Source: Macrostomum lignano (taxonomy: Eukaryota). From it: DNA of 64,000 bases. Below the pieces are notes generated by a model. It was not told the origin of the DNA. It saw nothing but the letters and a program-made list of their open reading frames with translations, and searched no databases. The translations under genes and the position numbers were made by a program. Position 1 is the first letter of the stretch. Each line of letters begins with the position of its first letter. This document shows, piece by piece, positions 12,515-24,219 of the stretch. The stretch is from contig NIVC01002124.1 in NCBI GenBank assembly GCA_002269645.1, positions 138,646-202,645 of the forward strand, read 5' to 3'.

Positions 12515-13506
12515 CAGAATAGGTTCCAGAACCGTGATGGCGTGATCCGATTTTGTCATTTTGCAAATTGGGTTTGAGAAATTTTCTCGATCCGTTGTCA
12601 TATTTCTATGGACAAATTTGAAGAAAGCATTTGAAACATTTCAAAATTCAAAAAGAATACTAAAACTTAAAAGTATGGGCTATATTTTAGATAAAAATAT
12701 TTTTATCATTTGTTTTGAGAAGTAAAATAATTAAAGAGAAAGAGAAAAATTCAACACTTATTATTTTCCTACCAATTCTAGTTCTGGAATTGGAATTATT
12801 CTGGTTCTAGAACTGATCTTCATGAGAAGCCTATATCTTTTTAGTTGTTTGAGTTTTCAGGTTTGCTTAATGGCAAATAATGCATTTGCATTTTTATGGA
12901 TATAAATATTTGTATGCCTGAGTTAGTAAAACTAAAAAGTTTAAAAAACTGAAGGACAAGGTGCAGAGATAAGCATAATATTTTCCTTTTAAGCTTACTG
13001 ATTAAAACATTTTTTATTGAAATAGGCCTGTGCCATAATTTTTTATTATTAGTTATAAGGATTGACTAAGCATGATTTTTTTCATGCATAGTTGAAACTA
13101 GACCATGTATAAAACTGCATGACTGACTTTTTTTATAATATACATTAATTTAAACACACAACTATTCGTATTAATATTACCAAGTCTAGCAATTTTTATT
13201 GATTTTTAAGCTTTTTTTTCATCATGCTTATTGTTGATCAAATTTTATTATATGGCTTTATTATAATAATTATATCTGTGATTTTTTGCAATTTTGGTTT
13301 GCTTTGGTTGTGCTATGCCTATATATAAGGGGCCTATAGGCTATAGCCTGCAAGCAAGTTGCCCATAAAGTTTTTTCCTGCCAAGATTTGCCCACAATGC
13401 TTTTTTACTACAATGAATTTGGCAGCTAGATTCTCTCTGTATTGCCGAGCCCCCCAAAAAATATGCATTTAATATGCAGTTACTATCAAAAAGTTTTTAG
13501 CAATTC

Positions 13507-14126
13507 TTAAGTTTTGTTTGTTGAATTATTTTGACTTTAGAAAAGTATTGTATACACTTTTTTAAGTACAAATAACTATTTTAAGAGACTTAAGCTTAAT
13601 AAGGCACTAATTCTATGTTTCAAAACTTGTTATAATGTATTTGACACTGAAAAGCTGCAATAGTCTATGGCCAAAAGTCCAAAACTTTAACAAGTGAACA
13701 AGTCTTAAAGGAAATAAATAAAAAGTATTATTGTCTATGGTCAAATTGCCAACAAATAGCAAAAGCTTTATATGCTATAGTAGTGGGAAATCCAATAATA
13801 AGATATTCCCAAATGGCTTCATTGGGTTCAGTTGACAGGTTGACACCACAATTCTTCTAAGTATTTTAAATAGGTCAACTTTGTCAACTTGTTAAAGATT
13901 ATTGATGTTTAGTCTGGACCATAGACCTTTTTTTCAAGTCAAAAAATGTTCAAACATTCTGGCTAAAGACTATTGCAGCTTTCCAGTGTCAGAACATTAT
14001 AACAAGTTTTGAAGCATAGAATTAGTGCTTAATCAGGCTTATGTCTTTTAAAAGTATTTATTTGTACTTAAAATAGTTGGTAGATTACTTTTCTAGAGTC
14101 AAAATAATTTAACAAACGGAACTTGA
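13507..14126. mobile_element. Foldback/MITE with ~165-bp inverted arms
   Basis: 13507-13673 aligns with the reverse complement of 13959-14126 (shared blocks include aattattttgact, aagtacaaata, gcactaattctatg, caaaacttgttataatg, gctgcaatagtct), roughly 80% identical by eye. The spacer is ~285 bp and has a further inverted pair gtctatggtc/gaccatagac. Confidence 0.75.
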
Positions 14127-14619
14127 CAATTGCCAAGTTTTGATCATGTAAATCTCTTTACTAAGATTAATTACATCTAATAAGCATTAGGAAGGCAATG
14201 CAGACTAAATCTGCAATAAAAAAGCATTGCAAGCAAACCTCGGTAGGGGGGGGGTGGCCGTAGCCCAGCAGTAGTGCAGCTGCTCTGGTGTGCCAGCAAC
14301 CTAGGCTTGATTCCAAGTATAGCACATTAATTTGGGGCTGAATTGGAATCTCGGCTTGGCTCTGCTTATACAATTAACAGCCTTAAGAGCCAACCCCTCA
14401 AGGCGCAGTGAAGTGTATATGCCTAACATTAATATAAATTTAGGGCCACTATATACTATTGTGTGAGTGTGTGCCTGCGTACGTATCCACGCGCTTGTAT
14501 GCCTGCTCAGGGGGGATAGAATGAGCAGTAATGTCTCATGCCGGTTGTGTGCCTATGTTGCTTAAAGTGCACCAGTGTGCACACAACCCCTGCCTCTAAA
14601 AAAACCTTGGTGGGAAAAA

Positions 14620-14815
14620 ACTCTGCAGGAAACTCACTTGTGGGCAATCCACTTGCAGGCAAATTGCACTGCAGGCAAATCTTGGTGGGAAAATCTCCAT
14701 AGGCAATTTGCTCACAGGCAAAATGCACTGTGGGCAAATCTTAGCAGAAAAAGCTTGGCAAGCAAATCTCCTGCAGGCAAATCTTGGCAAGCAATTCATC
14801 TGCAGGCAATTCTCA
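14620..14815. repeat. Degenerate ~15-bp tandem repeat (gcaggcaaat core), with an inverted partial copy at ~13347-13400
   Basis: Recurrent ggcaaat/ggcaat with 15-16 bp spacing. Confidence 0.6.
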
Positions 14816-16051
14816 TGGACCCCAAATAAATTCTTCTGAGGTCACAAAAGCTTAGGACACTATTTAACATACAAATTAATTGGCTTATTAATCTGTGGTC
14901 TTAGGCTGAATATTATTATTATTATTATTATCATTGTTATTATTATAATTAACAGTTTAAGAAAAGCTAAAGTCCACAGTTTACAAGAGTTTGCAGAAGA
15001 TGAATCATGTCAAGCTAAGTGCCCACTGGGTTTCTTGATGGCTTACTGAGGACATGAAGCTGGGTTGTCTATCCAGACAGCTTGTGTGTCTAGGTTCAAT
15101 AAGTCTATGACTGATGTTCCTCTACTTAAATGAACATCTCTCTTGAAATACAAATCCAAAGCAGTTTGAGTCATTTTAAAGAAGAGACTTACTTGCTACT
15201 TTCAAACAACACCAAACTTGTGTCAATCCAACTTACCAAACATCTGCTACAAGTGAAAGTAACACTATTTTCCAGATACCCCTCGTGTTTCTTCCCTTAT
15301 TTATTTAAAACAAAAATAAGGGTGAGAAGAAAAACGAACTTTAAAATACCTATGTTTAGTAGTAATAGTAATAGTAATCATATTAATAGAAGTAAGTAGT
15401 AATACTGGATGGCATATACCTTCACATGTATAAATTAAATTACATTTTGTATAGCAATTTGTGTGCCACCTGATAGAGTAGTAAGATCTAGAAATATCTA
15501 AATAAAGCTGGGCACCAATGGTGGACCTTGATCCCAATCTTGATTCCAACTAATCCCAAATTCTGACTTTTATGAGTTAAATCTCACCTAACCATATTTT
15601 CCCATCCCAGTCAGGCTCTAGGGGCACCATGATATACATAAGAGATATACTATACTCAGCAAACTGAGGTCAGTGAGGACCTTTTTTGATGATCTTAGCT
15701 TATAATATGAAATTAGTCAGGCAACTTTTATGCTTAAATGTTTTCTAGTACTCCTATGTATTTTTTCCTGTTTTGGATTTATTCACTTCATATATTCAAA
15801 GTTTTATAGCTCAGAATATTGATAACATTTGAACATCCAAGGGCACATTCAAAAATTTTTTGAGGGGGCAGCTATACCAAGTACTATAACCCAAAATAGA
15901 CCTTGCATAGTTATAGGCCAATAGTAAAGTTGTTGATTCTTATTTTATAATTACTCTCTACAATATAGTAATGTATTTTTATATCCATAATTGATAATTT
16001 TCACTGAAGACAATCTTGAACTACAATTTTACTTTCCTATTTCAGCTGTCA

Positions 16052-17490
16052 ATGAAAATGCAATTCTCAAGAGGCCTAAGCAAAATAAATTTATTTGTGC
16101 ACAGCTCATCAACGTTCATCCAACCATTTAGAGCTTTTACCAGGCATGGTAAAAATCCCTTCAATAGGCTGTCCTGGGATTCAATACAGTAAGTTTTTTA
16201 TTGTATATTCAAAAAATAATTGCCATATCCATTGTCTAATACTGGTTTAGATTCTAAGTAGTGTATTACGTGTTTCCTTCTGCTTTTTAATGCACTTCAG
16301 ACCCGACAAAACTGAAAAGACGTCCAGTATTGACGATTCTGTCGATGCTGTTATTAAAGTGGCCGAATTGGCGGCTAAACAAGCGGACGAAGCCGCCACA
16401 ACGGCAGCAACCGAAGCCCTTCTGGCGGCCAGTCAGCGGCATCTCAGCCTGCTGCCAGAGGATGCCAGATTTCTGCGCTCCGGCCTTAGCCCGCTGGCTC
16501 TGCTGCCTGACGATCAGGCCGAGTCTCCCGTTGACTCGGCAGCTGCCGGCCGGGCCAGACAGGCAGTTCCGGCCGGCTGTCCGCACTGGGGCCGAGTGTC
16601 GGAACCGGCGGCCAGGCCGGAACAGACTGGCGGGCGCAGCCAGCAGCAGCAGCTGAATCCAACCTATGCCGACTGTGCCAAGCGAGACTGGGCCAGGGTG
16701 TTCCTGCGGCCGCCAACTAATCCTTGGCAGGAGTTGATTCAGCTGACCGCCGAGGGCAAGCTCTGGCACTATCCGATTGATAATGAGCAGGTAGATTCTG
16801 AGTCGTTTTTTTGTCGTCATGGGCTTGTTTGTTTTAAAGTGGCTTTTTATGGCGTCAATTTCGCGCCACGACCCCTTATTTGGGTCTACGACGTTTGCCA
16901 GCCGGCTGGCAAACGTCTCGCTGGCAAATGCCCGGCTGGCAAACGTCTCGCTGGCAAATGCCCGGCTGGCAAACGTCGCTATCCCCCCCCTCATTTGATT
17001 CCGTGCGCGTTTATTTGAGAAAATTTTTCGATTCACACCCAAGACACAGTGAAGTGCACATGCCTGACGATTAGAAAGTCAGGGCCGCTGTACACTCCTG
17101 TGTGAGCGTGTGTTCGAATTATGTCTATCGAGTCAAGATGGCAAATTTAGGATGGTCAGTCCCCGATCCGCCACCTGCACTGACCAAATTTTCACTGGCA
17201 AAAGTGCACAAAAGTACAACTTCAATTTGCAGGGCCGAGAACTGGAGCCAGACGGTCGGGTATCTTTCCAGCGTCACGTGATGCTTGACCGGCAACTGCA
17301 AGACTGGGTGCCCAAGACTGGGCCAGTCCGGCACTTCATGGAGACCGTGTGCGTTGGCCTGTCAAAGAATCCCTACCTGACAGCGGCTGAGAAGGCCGAT
17401 CACCTGGATTGGTATCGGCGCTACTTTGCTGACAAGATTGACAGAATTCAGGCTGTCTATGAGCAGTCTGCTGAGCCTACTGAAGCCTGA
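16052..17490 (+). CDS. MRPS31: Mitochondrial ribosomal protein S31 (mS31): exons 16052-16188, 16301-16790, 17233-17490
   Basis: Conserved ELIQLTAEGKLWHYPIDNEQ|G and GPVRHFMETVCVGLSKNPYLTAAEKADHLDWYRRYF match the mS31 C-terminal domain. Exon 1 encodes an R/S-rich, acid-poor presequence (MKMQFSRGLSKINLF...). GT-AG junctions are in phases 2 and 0. Confidence 0.9.
16882..16987. mobile_element. ~106-bp Mutator-like foldback mini-element in MRPS31 intron 2
   Basis: TIR-like ends gggtctacgacgtttgccagccgg / ccggctggcaaacgtcgctatccc enclose 15-bp repeats. It is flanked by a 9-bp direct repeat cccttattt (16873-16881) / ccctcattt (16988-16996). Confidence 0.7.
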
Positions 17491-19106
17491 GTGAGCATTG
17501 GAGCACTAAGTAGTGGTTGTTCTCTGTTATTTTAATGAAGAATTTAAACAAATCAAATAAATAAATTGCTTTGTTATTATTGCTTTAACTCGCATTTTTA
17601 ATACGATTTATTAACACCGGAGTCAAATATTTACAGCTGATTATTTGTTGTGCTGATTATTTTCTTGCTAACGATTCCGTGTTAGTCTACTTACAGTAGC
17701 ATGATTCCCACCTGCTTCCTTATTTGGTGAAAAAAACCCAGATTGCGAATTGCAATCCAAGTTCAATAGTAATTAAATGGCTATATGTACCTATGTCAAT
17801 GCTATTGATCTATCTCAGGAATCCGTAAACTTTTTTTTTACCTCAAGAATCCAGCTCATGGCTGCGGGCCAAGGTGAGAGGAAAGGAGAATTGAAGATGG
17901 GAGAGGAGAGGCGAGAGAAGAAATAAAAGTGAGAAGAGAGCTGAGAAGAGACACCAACCTTGAGCAAGACAGATTAGAGAGGCTTCGCGGGCCTCGGTGT
18001 GACAAACCCTGATCTATCTGTCTGATAGAAGTGGAGTCTCAAACTATGACAAACTGGCTAACTTATTCTCCGTGTCTGCTTGTAGCTCGTATGACGTTAA
18101 AAATCCTTGGAGCTGTTTCTCATTGACTCGTTTGGCACTGCTGCCAAATGGCAATTTGATTTAGAAAATAAAGGTAAAAAAACAAGCACAGGTTTGCTAT
18201 AAAATAAGTATAATACATTTGCTAACTAAACATTATAGTATCCGGTTACCTTCATCAGGTAACTTTGTCTGCGGAGAATTTCTAGCAACCAACTGTGGGT
18301 GCTTCTTACTCCTCGGGCAAAGTCTGCTTAACGATACGGGATATTCAGTGAGGCGTTTCGGGATCAGGGGCTGTGGTATCATATATACCGAGAATTAATT
18401 GAACGTTAATCGAGCGAGAACTGTAATCTGCGCTCAGCCTTCCTATAGTGGGGTAATACCGAGGCCAATTAAATGCTAGCTGAGCTGTGGGTCCGAGTCT
18501 GAGCATTGGACCATGGGGCTGCAGCTTGCGTAAGCTGTGGTGGTGTCTCAGCTGTCTTGTGTGTAGCCAATTGTCTCCGCTTATAGCTGTCAGTCTGTTT
18601 CCTATTTTCTTTTTGATTATTGTACTGCCTAGATCATGCATACATTGTCCAGATGTGCAGGCATGTGCACTGCAAATAGATAAACTGAGAACAACAATAG
18701 GTGCAGTAGAGCGGGTACAACAATGATGAGAAGGAACACAACGCGTTTTAATCGCTTGCTCCGTTATATGAGCCTAATTAACAGAGATAAACAATCTTTT
18801 ATCAATTCACACTTGGTGGTTTATTAGTCAGGCAGACAGGTAGAGTTTATCTCACCTTCGCTGTCAAGTCAATCCGTGCGAGACAAAACGCGAGCTACCG
18901 GTTTCGTCCATCGGGTGTCTTGGCCGCCGGCCACGCGACTGGACACGTGTCAGAATGCATACACGTGTTTATGCTGTCACTTATATAATGATATAAACAG
19001 GTGGGGTGTGCTCTCAATTGTTAGTGGCATCAGAAAGTTGTCAACATGCATGTATCGGTGATCTGGTATCAGCAACGAAGGGCTTAGATATTCTAAAGGT
19101 TCCTTT

Positions 19107-19950
19107 GAGCACCCTGTCACCCCTGGCTCACCTGGAGCTCTTTCAGTGTGATCCTTCTAGGTATCCCTGTCACCCCTGGCTCACCTGGAGCTCTTTCAGT
19201 GTGATCCTTCTAGGTATCCCTGTCACTCCTGGCTCACCTGGAGCTCTTTCAGTGTGATCCTTCTAGGTATCCCTGTCACCCCTGGCTCACCTGGAGCTCT
19301 CCCATTGTGATCCTGCTGGGTATCCCTGTCACCCCTGGCTCACCTGGAGCTCTCCCAGTGTGATCCTGCTGGGTATCCCTGTCACCCCTGGCTCACCTGG
19401 AGCTCTCCCAGTGTGATCCTGCTGGGTATCCCTGTCCCTCCTGGCTCACCTGGAGCTCTCCCAGTGTGATCCTGCTGGGTATCCCTGTCACCCTGGCTCA
19501 CCTGGAGCTCTCCCAGTGTGATCCTGCTGGGTATCCCTGTCCCTCCTGGCTCACCTGGAGCTCTCCCAGTGTGATCCTGCTGGGTATCCCTGTCACTCCT
19601 GGCTCACCTGGAGCTCTCCCAGTGTGATCCTGCTGGGTATCCCTGTCCCTCCTGGCTCACCTGGAGCTCTCCCAGTGTGATCCTGCTGGGTATCCCTGTC
19701 ACCCCTGGCTCACCTGGAGCTCTCAATCCCATTGTGATCCTGCTGGGTATCCCTGTCACTCCTGGCTCACCTGGAGCTCTCGATTCCATTGTGATCCTGC
19801 TGGGTATCCCTGTCACCCCTGGCTCACCTGGAGCTCTCAATCCCATTGTGATCCTGCTGGGTATCCCTGTCACTCCTGGCTCACCTGGAGCTCTCGATCC
19901 CATTGTGATCCTGCTGGGTATCCCTGTCACTCCTGGCTCACCTGGAGCTC
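19107..19950. repeat. Tandem repeat, 53-bp unit (60-bp variant at the 3' end)
   Basis: gtgatcctgctgggtatccctgtcacccctggctcacctggagctctcccagt, ~15 copies. Confidence 0.95.
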
Positions 19951-21289
19951 AGTTTTAATGTTTAACATTTGAAAGCAAACATCCGTGATAAAAAACACGA
20001 AGCAGTCCTAGAGACCGTTTAATTGTAATTTTTAATTAAACTCCAACGCTGTGCGTGCTGTTTCATATCCTGGGAGAATCTGCAGTTCACCCAAAACTGC
20101 GGAGCCCCAAAAACTACTTGATACAGTTATTTGACAAGTTGTCACGTCAGTCTTGCCTAAATTTTTAGTTGAACCCATGGAGAATAAAGTATAGCCACTT
20201 CAATCAAGGAACTGTTTCATATTGCGGTTCTCACACGTTCTTAATATTCGCGAGCGCCCAGCGGTTCTCAATGAGGACACTTGTAAAATCTGCCTATCAT
20301 TACTGACTGAGCCACTTTCTCCTCAAAGTAAATGGCCTTCTTATTAAGTTCACCAATCGGAGCGCCGAGAACCTCCTCTTCAAAAAGCAATTATTAAAAA
20401 AATCTATGACAAAAAACGAAAAACGCTCTCGCTTATAACAGTTTTTTTACTACTGGATATATAAGTTTCTAAAACCAGCCGTCCATCTGCTGTGAGTTGG
20501 GAATTTTCTCTTGGATAAGCTTCACAGACAGCAGGCCCTGTACGCGGCTGACGCATGGCTGTCAATCGGCATCAAAGCCGACCAGAGGGGCACAGATGGG
20601 TGAGAGATCCTTCAAACTCGGTAGGACTCCCCCTCAGGCCTGCAGTCTTCTTATCCACGATCCGTTTGGCTATAGAACCTCAAAGGCAAGATCCGCGGGA
20701 ACTCGTCTTTGAGTGAGCCGAGCCCAGCAGAACTTCAACAGCAGTTGACTGTGTATGATGTATGCGTTCTCAGAATAGCTCTCTCTCTCTCTCTCTCTGC
20801 TATATTCCATGGCACTCAAATCCCCCCGGCCTCGATGGCAAATAATTAAAGGCCTTTTTTCCACCGCGGTGCTGTTTGCACGCGTGCGACAAAGACTGAA
20901 GGAGCTTGAGGTCCACTTCAAGTTCTGTTCCATCCTTAGGATCGGGGTCTCCTATGCAAGAATTCTTCGAGAGATGGAGTGGGATAATTGGGCGAAATTG
21001 GCCAGCTAAACCTGACTGTTGCAATCCTGGGGGGGGAGGCTGCTCAGCAGAGTCTTGCTGGGTAAACTGTGAAACGTGCCGTCACGTGCGGGGCCGGTCT
21101 GATTTTTGTTTGTTTTTAACTGGCTTATCCAATACTACCTATCTGAGCATTAGCTTGCGCTCTACGCGATTTCGCTATTAAAATCCTTATACAAGGATCA
21201 GACTCGGGTTCAAATTTTTAAGCAGTACGAACTCGTACAAATGAAAATCGATGCTATTTATTGTGCTTCCTTATCGTGCAGAGTGGCGT

Positions 21290-22437
21290 TGGGGATCTGG
21301 GAATGGCATTTGAATGGCAATGGGGATCTTGGAGTACGATGGGGATATGGAATGGCAGTGGGGATCTGGGAGTACGATGGGGATATGGAATGGCAGTGGG
21401 GATCTGGGAGTACGATGGGGATATGGAATGGCAGTGGGGATCTGGGAATGGCATTGGGGATCTGGAAATGGCATTTGAATGGCAGTGGGGATCTGGGAGT
21501 ACGATGGGGATATGGAATGGCAGTGGGGATCTGGGAGTACGATGGGGATATGGAATGGCAGTGGGGATCTGGGAATGGCATTGGGGATCTGGGAATGGCA
21601 TTGGGGATCTAGGAATGGCATTTGGGATCTGGGAATGGCATTGGGGATCTGGGAATGGCATTGGGGATCTGGGAATGGCATTGGGGATCTGGGAATGGCA
21701 TTTGAATGGCAGTGGGGATCTGGGAATGGCATTTGAATGGCAGTGGGGATCTGGGAATGGAATTTGAATGGCAGTGGGGATCTGGGAGTACGATGGGGAT
21801 ATGGAATGGCAGTGGGGATCTGGGAGTACGATGGGGATATGGAATGGCAGTGGGGATCTGGGAATGGCATTGGGGATCTAGGAATGGCATTTGGGATCTT
21901 GGAATGGCATTGGGGATCTGGGAATGGCATTTGAATGGCAGTGGGGATCTGGGAATGGCATTGGGAATCTGGGAATGGCATTTTAATGGCAGTTGGGATC
22001 TAGGAATGGCATTTGAATGGCAGTGGGGATCTAGGAATGGCAGTGGGGATCTAGGAATGGCAGTGGGGATCTGGGAATGGCATTGGGGATCTGGGAATGG
22101 CATCGGGGATCTGGGAATGGCATTGGGGATCTGGGAATGGCATTGAGGATCTGGGAATGGCATTTGAATGGCAGTAGGGATCTGGGAATGGCAGTGGGGA
22201 TCTGGGAATGGCATTTAAATGGCAGTGGGGATATGGGAATGGCATTGGGTATCTGGGAGTACGATGGTGATCTGGGAATGACATTGGGGGATCTGGGAAT
22301 GGCATTAAGGATCTGGGAACGGCATTAAGGATCTGAGGGTAGCGTCGGAGATCGGGAAATGGCAGTGGGGATCTGGGAATGGCATTGGGGGATCTGGGAA
22401 TGGCATTGGGGATCTGGGAATGGTATTAGGGATCTGA
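21290..22437. repeat. Tandem repeat, ~20-bp unit (gggaatggcattggggatct) with variants
   Basis: More than 50 degenerate copies. Source of the many spurious ORFs at 21.2-22.3 kb. Confidence 0.95.
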
Positions 22438-23518
22438 AAGTGAGTGGCATTCTAGCTATTTATTGAAATAAAAATTTTATTACAATCTTTTTTACAAAGA
22501 TTAGTTATCCAAACAAGTGAATATTTCTAGTATAGAGGCTGGTTGGCCCAAGAAAATCCCCACCTAATTCTTCATGATCAGAGCTTAGAGGCAAAGAAAA
22601 ATAGCCCTGAATCCATAACTCCTTATCATTATATTATGATCAGGGGCAGAGAAAGGGCCACCTAAAGACCCGTTTCTTACTCAGCTCGCGTGTCGGATTT
22701 CCCAGTCAAATCGGAGGAGATGAAAGGCACACGCAGTCCCCAATGTCGGAGGAATGAACTGACGCTGGCACTAAAACCATATCCGCCTTATTCGCAGGGT
22801 TTAGGGGCAATAAGGGAGCTGAGATGACGCGGCCATCTGGTCCCTGTTTACCCGGGCGTAAACCGGTCCTTTTGCAGTCCAGCGGCGAGCGCTGCGCTGT
22901 CAGAAAAGAAGGATATGGAAGGGCACTGGACAGGGACGACCCTGACAGTGCTGCAGCATCCCCGGAAGTCGGAGAAATTAGGAAAAAGAATTATATTTTT
23001 TATCCCACCCAAACTGTCTGTCTGGGTTCCAGGTTAAAAATCACCGTCCCCTCACACACACAGGCTACACATTTCAGTCTAAGTGTAATTTAGGCCGGAT
23101 ATTAATACTGACTGGGCAAAATCAGCGACAGATTGGCCCGAGCTGAGCAGGGCAGGAGGAGCTCATTCACTCATATCACGGGCGTCTGTCAGGGGAAAAC
23201 ACCAACCCTGGGTCTCCTCAGCCGTCTGTCGGGGTGAATTCCCGAACACCCAGCCTGGCTCGGAGTAAGCGAGGGGTGAAAGAGTGAGGGGAGGAACAGA
23301 TCCACTTGTTCCCAGTCCGCTGCGCCCGAAACTTCCAAAGCTCCCTCGTCTTCTGTCGTCTGATCTCCCCGAAAGGTTCGCGAAGGGATGCAACTCGAAA
23401 AAGGGAAGAGAAGGTGACTCGACACCCATGATACCTTCCGGGCATCGCAGCCGGAGTTGAGGATGAGGAACTGAATGATTAGGGCTGAAAAAAATCGGAT
23501 TTTGCCAATAGGAGCCGA

Positions 23519-23673
23519 GCAGCCAATAGGAGACGGCCTGGGGCAGCCCAGGGGCCACGCGAGAGGGGCGGCGGCCACGGCTAGAAAAGGAGGCGCCACG
23601 TGGCGGGCCTCGTGTCAGGCGCACTCTGTTTAGCACTCAGCAGGCAGTCAGAACGCAGGCCAAACACGCGACC
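23519..23673 (+). promoter_or_regulatory. Proximal promoter/5' UTR of achaete-scute copy A with CCAAT boxes and bHLH repressor-type sites
   Basis: gccaatagg occurs twice (~23504 and 23522). CACGCG at 23556 and 23665, and the palindrome cgccacgtggcg with CACGTG at 23597. The same elements are present in copy B (36623-36777, minus strand). Confidence 0.5.
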
Positions 23674-24219
23674 ATGTCATCAACAGCTGACAGGCAGCAC
23701 TTGCCGGTGCCCTCCTTCCTGCGACTGCAGCAGCTCCGGGCAGCAGGCGACGCCTCCGGGCCGACTCGGCAGCCGCTGGGCGAGCGGTGCTCCAACCTGC
23801 CGCCTCGGCCGCCGCAGAAGCCGCCGGGCTCCGAGGCGGCCAAAGCCGCGGCCGCTGCCGCTTCAAACGCCGCCGCCAACACCGCCGCCGCCGCACGTCC
23901 AGCCGCCTCGTCGATGCAGCGTCGCAACCAGCGCGAGAGGAACCGCGTCAAGCTGCTCAACCTCGGCTTCGAGCGGCTTCGCCAGCTGGTGCCGAGCGAT
24001 GACGGACAGAGGCTGAGCAAGATCGCCACCCTGCGGGCCGCCATCGCCTACATCCGCAGCCTGCAGGAGCTGCTGGACCAGGACGACTGCGGAGGCTGCG
24101 GCTGCGACGGCTGCGCGGCCTGCGGCGGCCCCGGCGACTCCTGGATGGCGGAGCAGCCGCGGCAGGAGGCCGAGTCGGTGGCGACGCGGCCGGAGGGCCA
24201 AAACACCTTCAGCTTTTAA
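23674..24219 (+). CDS. ascl: Achaete-scute family bHLH transcription factor, copy A (181 aa, intronless)
   Basis: b[28 protein letters not shown]...[21 protein letters not shown] matches the ASC signature [17 protein letters not shown]...SKVETLRSA..YI..LQ.LL. A poly-Ala tract lies upstream. Confidence 0.95.
   Translation: MSSTADRQHLPVPSFLRLQQLRAAGDASGPTRQPLGERCSNLPPRPPQKPPGSEAAKAAAAAASNAAANTAAAARPAASSMQRRNQRERNRVKLLNLGFERLRQLVPSDDGQRLSKIATLRAAIAYIRSLQELLDQDDCGGCGCDGCAACGGPGDSWMAEQPRQEAESVATRPEGQNTFSF

Noticed and set aside
13329-14823. One large element bounded by GGGG-CC...GCCTGCA inverted ends enclosing the 13.5-14.1 kb foldback
   Set aside because: The terminal similarity is short and gapped and I found no target-site duplication.
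14900-15400. (TAA)n-tailed retroelement remnant
   Set aside because: An (ATT)n run is present, but I could not recognise any RT or endonuclease motif nearby.
21241-22328. Multiple W/G-rich and P/H-rich ORFs
   Set aside because: They are translations of a 20-bp satellite, open in several frames on both strands.
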